DNA of 64,000 nt from Setoptus koraiensis (taxonomy: Eukaryota; Animalia; Arthropoda). The translations under genes were made by a program, and so were the position numbers. The DNA lies in assembly GCA_048013815.1 (NCBI GenBank), contig CM106586.1, positions 13,826,001 through 13,890,000 of the forward strand, in the 5' to 3' direction. Under the pieces are notes generated by a model, which was not told the origin of the DNA, ran no database searches, and worked only from the letters and a program-made list of their open reading frames with translations. Each line of letters opens with the position of its first letter. Position 1 is the stretch's first letter. Of this stretch, positions 11,943 through 24,900 are shown piece by piece.

Positions 11943-14900
11943 CTAACCAGTCATATAACAATAACATACCTAACAAGCCAGTCAGCTGATACAGTCGGCC
12001 GATACCGGTCAGCTGATAGCGGCGAGCCGACACAGGCCCGTATCACAGCTGATACTATGGCGAGAGAGCTGCAAAAATAATGCAAAGGCAAGGCACAAAC
12101 TTGACCTCTCTGGCCGCTCGATGGGCACTCGATTGGCCGGCGATTGGGCCAAAGAGGCAGGCACATTTTCAAGAGCTACAATGACACGACTAAACGGCCC
12201 GATACGAACAACTGAGCCGCTGGCGAGCTCGCTTGCCAGTTTAGTCTTGCCGACGAACGGCAAGTGTCAGATGGTTTGATCGTAAAAAAAGCTTGCGCTT
12301 GCGACAAAACCACTTGTGTGATCGCAGGCTCAGCCAGTTGAGTGGACACTCGATGCGACCATCGCATATTATATTATATATTGCGTATAGTATTATGTAG
12401 TGTGTCCGCTGCAGTTTAACTAAACCCACTAAACTCCGACAGAGGAAGAGGAAGTGGCGCTGGCGGTTGTGATCCGCAGGGTTGGCTAGCGCGGAGTTAG
12501 TGTGAAAAAAGTTTATTTGTCTTTGTTGTTGTATCACAACTTGTGCATGCCAGCTTGGTCGCACACTATGTAAAGCGCCGCTCGAGAGGGCTTGTCGTCG
12601 TCGTCGTCGTCGCTGTTGTTGTTGTCGTCGTTGTTGTCGTCGTCGTGAGAGTCGTGACAATCGATTAAGCATTATCTGGATTATCAAGATCTATGGTCGC
12701 ACACACAATGCGCGTGCCAGCAACGACAGTCTCGTTTGACTCTGTCCATGACCGGCGACGGCGACGACAACAACGACAACAACGTCGACAACAACGACAG
12801 CGACGACAACAACAATGAACGCCAGCGGCCAGCAGCCAACGGCCAGCGGCCAGCGGCCAGTAGGTGCGTGTGTGAGAGTGACCACAATTTCTTTGTTTGC
12901 AGTGGAGCAGTCAACAAGTTTGAGCTGTTGTTGTTTGTTGTGCCTTTGCATTGCCAAGCTGCCACTAATGGGCCTTTGTGTCCGGCATTATTGTACGCCA
13001 TGGGCATTAGCTAATGTGCATTATTTGATCTGCGTTCATTACGTAATCTAGAACATTATTGTTATTGTTATTATTATTAGTATTGTTGTTGTCGTCGTCG
13101 TTGTTGTTGTTGCTGTTGTTGTTGTTGTTGCTGCTGCTGTTGCTGCCGTTGTTGTGACTGGGCTCAGGAAGACTTTCGCCAGGGCGCTCTGTGGTGTCGT
13201 GGACGAGATTTGCATAACGTGAACGAGTTGCATAATTCCGTTGAATCCTATTGATTTATGTGTGTCTGATGGCACATAAATCCGTAATAAAAGCCGCGAC
13301 TGCAGCGCGCATAACTGCACCGTAGCGAGTCATTAGGCCATATTCGCACAAAAATTCACCTGTCGCTCGCCCCTCACTACGACTCACCTGCGACTGTCAG
13401 ACCCTAAATATCCGTGTTGTCTCACCTTGCCGGATTAGCGCCGGTCGGGTGATTATCACTATATTCGAGCTAATGATACCTACCGTGTGGCGCGTGAATT
13501 GGTGTGGCGCGTGAATTGGTGTGGCGCATGAATCAGTTTGGCAAACAAAGCCGGACAATTTTGCCATTGGAAATGGCCGCAATCAAGCGCGTCCATATAT
13601 ATATATACCTACATATGAACATATGAAGACGTCATGATAGCCGCTGTGGCGGTGGGCCGCAAAATGATCAGCCAGCTTGGCAGCGATCAGAGTGTCTCTG
13701 AGACCAGTTTGGCTATTTTCGTTCACGCTCCATTTGACCGGCGAGTGTGTGTGTGTGCAGTATTGATGGCCGGCTCAACTGGTGCTAATATGAAACGGTA
13801 ATTGCTAGTCACTGGCCGGCCAGCGGTCATCCGCTGGCGCGCTATTCACCGGTGAATATATATTTGTGACGAATGGTTCAGATGTATCAACGGGCTTGTC
13901 GATGGCATCGCTTTCAGTTTGACTCATTAAATTGGTAATTGCAGACTGTGGCACAAAATATGCCAAGATACACTGAGATAGACACTGAGATAGACGCTCA
14001 GATATACGCAGACTCTCCGATGTGTGGTCCGCAAATATACAATAAAATATATGGCAACGCATGCGGTCATTGCTGCCGATTCACTGCGGCTCACGGCCAC
14101 TGGCTAGCTGCAAAATTCAATTCAGCGCTCACACACTATGGAGTGTCTACTCTACTGGAGTATAGACTCACCTGAGCTGCGTTATTTCTTGACGGACTTG
14201 ACGGTCGTCGTTGTCTTTTCGCTGTTGCTCAACCGCAACATTTATATTTGTTTGCCAGTGGCCGGTTGCAGCCAGTTGCGGGTCGCCGGCCAGCCATTTT
14301 GGCCATTGTGTGTCACAGTTTTAGTTGTGTGGCGTCTTTGTTTTGTGTCAATGTTTGTGTGTCGCTCGTTGACCAACCAAACAAACAATAACCAATTTAT
14401 CCAGCCCTTCGAGCCTGTGTGCCCTTTATGGCCGTCGCCACGGCCACGGCCTGCGCACCGCATAGTCGGGCATGCCGACAATTGTGAGCTCTCTTTTAAC
14501 TCAACGTTTTCAAGAGACAAATTCGGACAAATTATTTAGCGGCCAGACAGAGCGCAACAGAGAGAAACAATCATCTTTTCCATCATCTGGCCAACAGCTA
14601 GAAATTGGCCAAGAATGCTTAATCGGCGCCAGCCTGTTGCTCTGTTGCTGCTCCGTTGGCGAGACAGCCCGAACCCGACAGTTCGCACATGATAAAGCCG
14701 CTCGCCAAAAGAGTTGCTGCTGCAAACATGAACGGACGCTTCTTTTTTTGCGAAAGATTCTTCGCTTTATTATCGCAACTTTTTCATCTCGCTCCGTCTG
14801 CCCGGCGATGTTAATGTGCCGGCTAATGCGTCTCCGTTTAACCGATTGCCGCATCCCAAAACTCACTTTTGGCTTCAATTTTTAAAGTGCCAACCTCGCC

Positions 14901-15127
14901 GGCCAGACACGCATCGGCCGATGCCGGCCCGATTGACCCGACATCGATGACCATTAGTGGCCGCAGCTAACCGGCCAGTGCCTATTAATATATATATACG
15001 TTTTAGGAGCCGTGTAACGACACTGGCCGACACATTTAGTTTCGTTTCATTTCAATTTATTTCACTCAGTTCAATTGGAATTAAATTCATTTCTCTCTCT
15101 CTCTCGTTCTCATTCTTTATCTATCAG

Positions 15128-15231
15128 CTCGCCGGCGCTAAAATTGGCTATTTCGAATCGGCAATTCGGCGCAATTCGATCTAACGGACTCGATGAACAG
15201 CTCAGCAGCGGCCACATTCTGATGCAATCAG
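15128..15231 (+). other. Candidate internal (probably 5'UTR) exon, 104 nt
   Basis: A long pyrimidine tract (TTTCTCTCTCTCTCTCGTTCTCATTCTTTATCTATCAG|) ends at 15127, and a perfect donor CAG|GTAAGT starts at 15232. Only one frame is open and it has no recognisable homology. Confidence 0.4.
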
Positions 15232-15821
15232 GTAAGTGATAGCGCCGTCGATACTTATCGATGGCTGCATGGCGAGTGCATGGTCGCTTGGAGCGACCAT
15301 AATAACCACGAGATCTTGATGACATTAAACTGCTACCCAGTCGGCGGTGGGCCGTATCAAGCCAGCATTGAATGCGGTCCCGTTTGCGGTCACTTGCTGG
15401 CCGTTATGCGCTCGTCGAGCTCATGTTGAGTTAGTTCATGTTGAGATTGGTTCATTATCTGAGCGCTAATTGGAGCAGCCTAATTGGCCTAGCGGACACT
15501 TTTCCATCCAGGGCATCTCACGCTTGTTCGGCCCGGCGCGGACACACACACACAGTTGACAAAAGTGGAAATTTTTCATCATTATTTCGGCCTATTATTT
15601 GCCATTCTGCCCACAACTGGCTGCAGGAACGACAATTGCCAATAGTTTTTTGCTGTTGCAATCAACGATTTGTTATTGACAATTGCAACTGTCGCTGGCT
15701 TCAAATATCCACTCGCGCCAGTCGGTATCGCTGGCCAAGTGACAGCAATTGCAAGCAATTGTAGGCTAGCTCGACCTCGGACTGGATCGCAACCGCCGGT
15801 GCATTGTGTGGCTATTCACCT

Positions 15822-16004
15822 GTGGATATCGTGGATATCGTGGATATTCGTGGATTTCGTGGATGTTCGTAGATATCGTGGATATTCGTGGATATTCGTG
15901 GATATCGTGGATATTCGTGGATTTCGTGGATGTTCGTAGATATCGTGGATATTCGTGGATATTCGTGGATATTCGTGGATATTCGTGGATTTCGTGGATA
16001 TTTC
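15822..16004. repeat. Minisatellite, 19 units of GTGGATA(T)TC-type 9-11-mers with a duplicated 67-bp higher-order unit
   Basis: Units were counted by eye. The 7-unit block at 15831-15897 is repeated exactly at 15898-15964. Confidence 0.95.
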
Positions 16005-19000
16005 GCCATGTGCCGGCGCAAAGATGCTGGCGAAAGGGAAATCATTCGAGTCAAATGCTCAAATGTTGAAATGCGTTCACTTGTCAGTTGTTGCAATTGT
16101 TAGATAGAGATCGCAACGAAAGAGCCCGTCACAGACAATCGCTGCTCGTTGTCGCTCGCCGAGACAAGGCCAAGTCATGTAACATGAAGCTCACAAAGGC
16201 GCCAATGGAGCGATTCTGGTCGGCTGGCTGGATTTGCGCAAACTGACAAGGTGAACCTCTTGCGAGTCGCAAGTTGCGAGAGCCCGAATTGGCCCGACTG
16301 TGTGCGATCCGTTGCTTCGTTAAGCGTCTCTCGCTCGAGTCGCGACCGATCGTGATCGACTCGATCGTGAAATTGAGGCCGCTCGTCGTCCCGGCTCAGC
16401 CCGCCATCTGGCGCCTGACACAATGCGACGAGCCTCGGATATAGAGAGATAATGAAAAACAGACAAATCTTTGGAGAGTGGCCGGCCGGCCACCCACCCG
16501 GCCCGATAAGCTGATAACTTTATCTTTGCCATTATGCTAATGCCAGCACACAAGGTGGCGATCCGGTGTATCCGATCGGCGCCGTGTGCCAGCGTTCAGT
16601 TTGCGAGATCTCGCCAGACTGTTCGGCGTTTCGCGCCAGACTGTTCAGCGTGTCGCGCCAGACTTTTCAGCGTTTTGTGCCAGACTTTTGTGTGATCCGT
16701 CGATCGGCGAGTCTGGCGCTGGCCGGTTGCGAGCGCCGAGCCAATTGAGAAGTCAGCGAGTATCAAGGTCGCGAACATCATGCTCGCAAGCTGTCTAGCT
16801 ACCAATAATCACCTGTTTCCTCTCGCTCTCTCTGCCCGTTTCGCTGTTGTGTGCGCATGTATATTCATTAATGCATGCTATTTGTATTCATTGGACTCCA
16901 ATGATTGGAGGGTATTTTCGAACGCACACTCAGTTCAGCTGCAGACTGCAGTTTAGCGGTTTCTTTGGCGGACACAATCGACTAATGCTCGCACAGTCGC
17001 TGCGTCACGCCGCCGGTGCTATATTGGCGAGGTCCGTTGGCCGTCGCGTAAACCGCAAGCGCAATCGTGACCCTCTTCAATGTGTGTGTGTGTGCCAGAT
17101 AATCCAACTCGAACACCAACACTCGAGACGCACAAGTGAACGATATCAGTTAGTCGCTACTTATATTTTGCCAGTATTTGCCGTTACTTACCGTTACTTG
17201 TAACTATTGACTAACAGCGCTGCTGCTGTTAGTCAATAGTTAGTCAATATTCGCTCGACAGGCATGCAACCAGCGGTGATGCAACCGACAAACGTTCGCG
17301 AATCGCGCCAGATAATCGATTATCTCTGACCTCCGACGGGCTGTTTGTGCGCTCATGTTCACATACGCGCAAACACTGATACTGGCAATGATACTATCAT
17401 TATGACAGTTATTGTTTGTGTTGTCGGTTTGAAAATCCGCGCTCGAAAAAAATTGTCCGATGTCGTGTGTCATTCGCGCCGTATACAGCTCGTTGTGTCA
17501 CGGTCACAAGTTTGTTTGTGATCCCTCACACTGTGTCCCATCCCGTGACACAGTGTGAGCATGATGCAACACACAAACAATGAATAATTGACATTGCCGT
17601 TTGACCAGTTTGACATATATTACCGGTATAATGGTTGCGCAACGTGAATACTCACTTGCGCAATTTCAGTTTCGCGGATTTGCGCGATTTGCATTTGTTC
17701 ACCTGTTCAGTTTTGCTGGCTGTTGCTGGCTGTTGCTGGCTGTTGTTGTATGTTGCTGGCCGTTGTTGGCTGTTGCTGGCTCGCTGTGGCTGTTGCTGGC
17801 GCCTAGTGATCGATGGATCAATTCCAGTTCGAATGTAAACGCAACGATAATTGATTTATCGATTCTCGTTGCTCATTGATTATGCCGTTGCCGGTTGGTT
17901 CGTCTTGCGTCGCCCAGCCAGCATTGGTGGTGCCAGTGAGAGTGGCCACGCAGCAGCCATGAAGTGAATCCCCCCCGATTGGTGGATCCGTTAGTCGCTG
18001 TCGGTTGTGGCGGCGATACCCACTTGAGCCATGCGGAACAGCTCGATTATTGGCCAAAAACAATCACTCCGCTTGCGTGTAAAGTGGTGAACAGTCTACC
18101 AGGCGAATCACTGATTCGCAATCAGGTTCACTGCAGTGAAACGGCAGTGATCGACCAGCGAAAATATGAACAAAAATGAGGGTGAAAAAGAGTGATTTTG
18201 TTTCGAGCGCCAATCGCAAGTGCAATCGTTGGTTTGTTTATCCGTTTAATGACTCCACTTGTAAAGTGATTTCTCTCTCACTGACTGCACTCACTTGGCT
18301 TTCGATAAGGCCCACACTAATGCAAAGGCAATTGCATTACGCCAAAACAAATTACACACAGTGAGACAGTCTTCCTGTTTCGTTTTTTGTTTTTGTCTTT
18401 TTTTGGTCACACAGCCAAAGAGAGATGAAATTTGCGAACGCACGGCAAATATAAATTCTAATTGATTTGTAGATGATTTCCAGCTGTTTGAGCTATTTGC
18501 GAGCCGCGTTCGGGCAAATAGCTCAAATTCAAACTCAAGCTCAAACTCGAACGGCAACCGCAACGCCAACGACGGACAAAAATTGATTTATTACTAATAA
18601 TATCAGTGCCGTTAACAATGATAGTGCCAGTTTGCCACTTGTTGTGCGACTCGCTGAATCATTATTCACATCATCCGACTCGCTAACCGTGGACGCGGCC
18701 GACTGGCTTGGGCGCTCGAACCGAACCAAATCAGCCCGTCGTCCCATGCGAAATGCGAACTGCCAACTGCCTACTGCGAAATCGCCGACGCGAAGAACAA
18801 ATAACGCAATAATTATGGAAACGAAACCAAACGATAAATAAAATCAAAACGCAAGCAATAATACATGCAATAATGACACAATAAAACAGAGAGGCGTCCT
18901 TGGCGACCGTCCGTGGCTCCACCTGGGGTTCGCTGTCTCGAAACAGTAGCCAGACTCGGGCGGCCAGACTCGGGCGGCCAGAGCGATGGTAGAAGAATCC

Positions 19001-21968
19001 GGCATTAAGATGAAGCGCTGAGATCGGATTTGATTTGATTGGACTTGGCTGGCCCGGCTCGGCTCGCATCGGATGAGACCAGGCCAATGGAGTGAATAAT
19101 GGATGTGGTCAAGCTTGTCGAATTTGATTAATTTTGTCTCTCTCTCTCTCGTCTGTTTAATCTATCCACGCTTCGTTCTCTTGATAGGCGTCTTCCGCTT
19201 TTTATGCTTCGATTGTTGTGATACGCAATATGCTGGATAGTATTATGTTTCATGTATTATGTAATAGACAGCGCGAGAGCGAGCCATTTATTTTTGATGG
19301 TCCGATCAAGGCTATTGCCAGCAGCAGTGGCCGTAGCAGCAGTGGCCGCAGCAGCAACAATAATAGTAAAAACAAAAACGATGTAAAGAGTCTCGAAAAT
19401 CGTTTTAGGGAGACCATAACATCGTCATGACGTAACAACAACAATTGAAGTGTGGCCTGCAGTGGCGCAGCCGAGATGCACAGTGAAAAGACAGTGAAAC
19501 CGAGCAAAGAGAGAGAGAGAGAGAGAAAGATTTGAATTGTTGGCCGTAAAACAATGGCCATCGCGCATCAACAGCAACACTGGACAACAGGTTGTTGGTC
19601 TCTCTCGTGTCTCTTGTGTCGCTTGTGGACATGGATGGATGTCGTCGTTGGTTTGAGCGGACGAGGCGCATCCCGACGGCTCAGCCCGTCAACAGAGGCA
19701 AACGTACGAGCGATCGATTGCCACAGTCGAACAGTGTCTGACAGTGGCGAATTGACAAGATTGACAAATGACCATTCAACGCAAACGCGCCAACAACAAC
19801 AGCAACAACAACAGCAACAACAACAGCAACAATTTTGTCTAATCAACTGGCAATGTGTCCACTGTAGCGCCGACTCTTGCGCCGAAGTTTGGATAGACCT
19901 CGGCCGAAGTTTGGATAGATCTCGGCCGAAATGCAAGCAAACCTTGGATTGCAAAGAGTCGCTTTTATTGTTGGCGTGGAGTGTGTTGTCCGCGCCACAG
20001 TGTGTAATACAGCGTGTGTATTTGCGCCAACAACAATGACGCAGCACACGACCCCACGGCATACGAAACAGTATACAAAACAATACACGAACACATACGA
20101 AATAATATACACAACAAGGGGAGAAATAATATAGGCAAGCAAAAGCATCATTAATATTAATAAATAATAATGATCTGGCCCAAGTGTATCTGTGTGCCCG
20201 TTATCCGGCGGCCTCCGGTGTGTCGGTCCATTGTTACGCAACGGCCGACACACCACTGCCGCCCGTATTTGTGTCTCGGCGCGCCGACCGAGCGACAGCT
20301 GACTGTCGGCTACACTTGTTGCAGCCGTCGGACACTGCAGCGGATATTGGCGGCGGCTGCGGCGGCGGCGGCGGATATCGCGGCCGCAGCGAAACTGATG
20401 ATACAGGCACAGAGTTATTATTACATTCAATGCGCCATTAGCGGCACATGTCAGTTTGGCCAACTAATTGTTTTCGATTTGCTCCACGTCTGCCGTGCAT
20501 CATTGCGTCATCTCGATTGCGTCATCTCGATTTTCACTTGTTGCGAGCATTCGCTGCAGTTGGCGCCGAGTGGCGCTCGCTGCAATGCAGTGTCCGGTCG
20601 GCGTGAGCGGCGCTCCATCGGCCAGCCGCAATACACGATTACCTTGGGCAGCCGGCGAGCGGCCGGATAAGCGAATAATGGCCAGCGAGCGACAGCTCCC
20701 AAAAGAACGAACAGACATCTAAAAGGCGCATGCTGCAAATCCGATCAGCCAATAATGGAGAGTGAAGCGAAGTGGCGATTATGAGGGCGCCATTGTTTCT
20801 ATTAATCAAACGACCGAAAGAGAAAGCCCGGCCAACAGGTTGGCCGGCATCGATGCCTTATGGCCCGCGAGAAGCCAGCCTGCCGTTGAGTGGCCACTCG
20901 CGACTCGCGAGAGAGCTTACCGAGAGCCGACAAACTTGTCGGTAAGCTAACCTGCTAACTGGCACCGGCTAGCCTATTCGGACTCCGCGCAATTTCGGAG
21001 AGAAAGCAGCATAATTATGTAAGCTGACGAGCTGCAAGCGTCTTGGCAAGCGACCGACGGGATGTTGTTTGGAGCTGGTGGCCTCGGTAATTTGAACGAC
21101 CCGCTAATATTGCCGTCGCGTCGAATAGCTGCCTGGCTATTCGACGGCTGCTCGAATCTGGCCGCTCAAACGCCACACAAAAGTGCCGGCAGTTTGCGTT
21201 TAGCAGCATCCGGTCACGATTAGTAGTAGTCGTCGTCGCTGTTGCTGCTGCTGGCTAATGGCTGCCGCTCAAATATCTCGGCTCAAATATCTCGGCTCAG
21301 ATATCTTGGCCGCGCTCGTTATTAATCCTTGTCGTTGCCCTCATATTGCCGTGTCGGCCATTATTATTACCATTACCATAAATACCTATTATTACTAACA
21401 TGGCCGTCTCATTATTTATATCACATTTCCTTTCCGTTCTCGTTTGCATCACAGCTCACCGGGCACAAGCATCCCAACAAGCATATCTGGCCGCACTCAC
21501 CTATTTGAGGGATCCCCCCCCAGCACTCGCTCGCCTGGCGCCAAGTGTCAGAGCTCTTTGGCCCGGTTCTTTTTGGCTGCCATTCCGGCCATAAGTTGCG
21601 CCATATTTTGGTCGTCGTAACTGGCTGATACCAAACAAGCGTGCTTCTGTTTTGAGCACACACAAACACAAATTAGCAACAAAAATTAAACACTAAGTTG
21701 CTTTTTTTGGGCAGATAATTGTCGGCCCAAGCCAGCCAAACAAGCGTAACATAAATTGTGTTTAAATACAACCGACAACAATAGCCAGTTAGGCAACAGG
21801 TGACCGGCCAAGTGACAGGTGACGGACGCCAGAGCAAACACTGACCGGCACTGACATTCAATGTTGGCTGGCAAATGTATAAATACACTCGCTAGTGTGC
21901 CGCTCAAATCGTATAAACCGTCACCCGTTGTACAGTTGCAAGATAATTAATTATCGCTATGAAAAAGG

Positions 21969-24900
21969 ATGATGTCATTTACATCATCACCTTCTTCATT
22001 AACTAAGAACAATTCCAACCAAACTTGTAATAATAATATCAACGTTATTATCAACCACAGCAACGGCAGCAAAACAAGCAGCAACAAAAAGTCCTATTAT
22101 GTCTACTATCTCGGCTCACAAGAGGCTCTAGGTTTGCGAGGCGAACAATTTTGTTTGCAAGTATTGGATAGATTGCTGAGGCAGCCACAGGTGGCGCCAT
22201 CTACGGTAACGCTGCAAATAAACGATAAAGGTCTCAAGATATTGCAACAACAACCAACTAAAGATTATCAACTCGCCGTTAATTCTTCTAATCTCGCTAA
22301 TGAATGCAAACAAAAGGGCGCCAGTTTGACCCGCTCATCGCATTCATCCAATTGCAACCTATCGGACAACCAACCAAACAACAACAACACCAACAACAGC
22401 GCCAGCAAATCATCGCTTGCCGGCTTAAGCAACAACAAGAGCAACAAACAGATAAAACATTTCATACCCTTCGATAATATAAGCTATGTGTGTCAACAAA
22501 ACGACATTGTCTCATGTATACTGCTATTATATAATCCAAAAACTAAATGCCCGCTTCATTGTCACGCCTACAGGTGTGATTCGCAATTAACCGCCAGCGC
22601 GCTAACGGATCAATTGAACTCTTACATATTAAAGGGGTCGCAACAGAAAAAATTAGATTTAATAGAGAGAAAATTACTAGCTCAAGGAGTCATAAAGGGT
22701 AGTCTCACTTGCGAAGAGCCTTCGTCGTCGCCGTTAATCATTGGTGCTCACCCAGGTCACCAACAACCCGTAACAATAATGCCCATACATGCACCCGTGC
22801 CCCAGGTAATGCGCGTTCCCGCTGCAACCGCTCAACCCATAGTGGGCGTGCTGCCTAAGAGCATACCCAGCAACCAGAGGCAACTGATGCAGGCAAATAA
22901 GATTATGATGATGCAACAACAACAGCAACAACAACATCATCATCATCATCTTCATCAAAAAATACCCATGTCAATGGCCCATCATTTGCATGCTGGTGAG
23001 GGTGCCGGTGCGGCCTTACCGACAACACCGTCGTCTATTCACAGCGCTATGGGCGTGGCGCCGGAAGGGGCCCAAACACGCTCGGGTCATCATGACAATC
23101 AGCTGGTGGTGATCGTAAACGATGACGATCAATTGAATGGTAGAGATAGTGAACCAATAATAGGACGTCGTCTACCAAACAAATCAATGCACGCCTTAGC
23201 GTACCAAGAGTCACAACAATTGTTCAGCAACAGCTGTTCAGCTGTCAGCTCTGTATCGAACGGTGTCGTGTATCACGCACTTCCGGTCAGCGGCCAGCCG
23301 GTTGCCGGTCACCATTTGGCGCCCATTTTGAAGACACCCAAACAAGCCAATGAGCACCAGTTGGCTGGTATGGCCACAATGGGCCACAACATAAATGACA
23401 TCATTAATCAGCAGCAGCAAACTCAAATGCCCGTGGTGGTTGGTCGGCGCTCGTACAGACCCCAAGCGGTTATGCCGGCGCCATTCGCAAGCGCCAATTA
23501 TCCGGCCCCAAGTCAGCAACAGCAATTCGATGGTCGCCATCAGCAACAGCACAGTCGTGGCTCCTCAATTAATTATCACAATCAGTATCAGCAACAGGCG
23601 CTTACAGCCGAACAAGCCATTGCCATAGCAACGTCATCCGCTGATGAGCAGCGCGGCCTCGATCATCATCGTCACCATCGGCGCCATCACCATGCGCAAC
23701 ATCAGCGACAACAGCAGCAGCTGCATCATCACAGTGACTTATCCCTCAATTATGCCGCCAATCCCTCGGCCGTTCGAGGCAAAGAACCACTAAACTATGC
23801 GCGCGATTCGGCGCGAACATCGGCGGCCGGATCCGTTTCCGGAAGTAGCTCCAATTTGCACCAGCAGCCACAAATCGGGCAGCTCAGATCGGGCCGATTG
23901 GAGCAGGCGGGCCTAGTGAAATCGTTATCATCTATACACCAGAGCAGATATGTCAATCGGCGTCCCGTTAGGCACAGTGGCAGACCAGATGGGGACCACG
24001 AGGTGTGCTCGTTGTCGTCGTCCTACTCGTCGTTGTGCTCATCTTATTCAAATTGTGATGTCAACAGTTTAGATTCTCGCAGCCGATCGCCGTCACAATG
24101 TTCGCGCTGTTCGTCGTGCTCGTTGTCGCAACAACAACAACAGCAGCAGCAACGGCCCTCGTCTAGGTCTAGGCGACGCGCAAGGTCCGGCCCGTTGTGT
24201 GCCGATCAAACCGCCGGTGATTTGCATACCATGTCAACGGGCAACAACAATTCAAAATTGCTAATTGGCGACGCGCCGCCACCAACAAAGTGGCGCCACC
24301 GATCCACTTCCAGCCATCACGGCCATCAATTGAATCACCACAAACAACAACAACAACAACAACAAATGCTGCTGACCGGCGCCGACAGGCAACCCATGTC
24401 GCCCCAATCGCATCAGCTGGGCAACGGGCCCGTTGCGGGTGCCATGCGCCGGGGTTCGTCGTCGCCCTCGTTCGATTTGATGCAACAAACGCATCAGAGA
24501 TACCAGCACCGGCACCACGGCCACTCGCACCATCAGCAGCACCATCAGCAGCAGCACCCATTGCATCGCGTGAACGGTGCACGCGCCAACGGCATGATGC
24601 ATTCGCCCGGCGCTCACCTGTCGAACGCTGACGACCTGGCTAGAATGCAGTCTGGCGGCAGGACCGTGCAGCAACCGTTTGCTGATTGCCCGGTGCCCGG
24701 TCAGCAGCACAATCGCCACGATCAGCATCATCATCGTCACAGATCGCGCCAACAAAACAACGCCACCAATCAGCTGTTGAATCAAGACAATCCGCAGCAG
24801 CAGCAGCAGCATCGTCACAATCGTCGCCCCCATCACCATCACCATCATCATCATCATCACAATCATGCTCACAATCGATCGACAACGCCATCTACACAAG

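Noticed and set aside
9566-16004. Regularly repeated units as a CRISPR-like array
   Set aside because: The units are directly adjacent with no unique spacers, the context is eukaryotic, and no cas genes are present.
400-21907. Numerous short ORFs in the left domain (poly-L, poly-Q, poly-T, poly-C, VCVC)
   Set aside because: They are translations of microsatellites and tandem repeats, with no homology signal.
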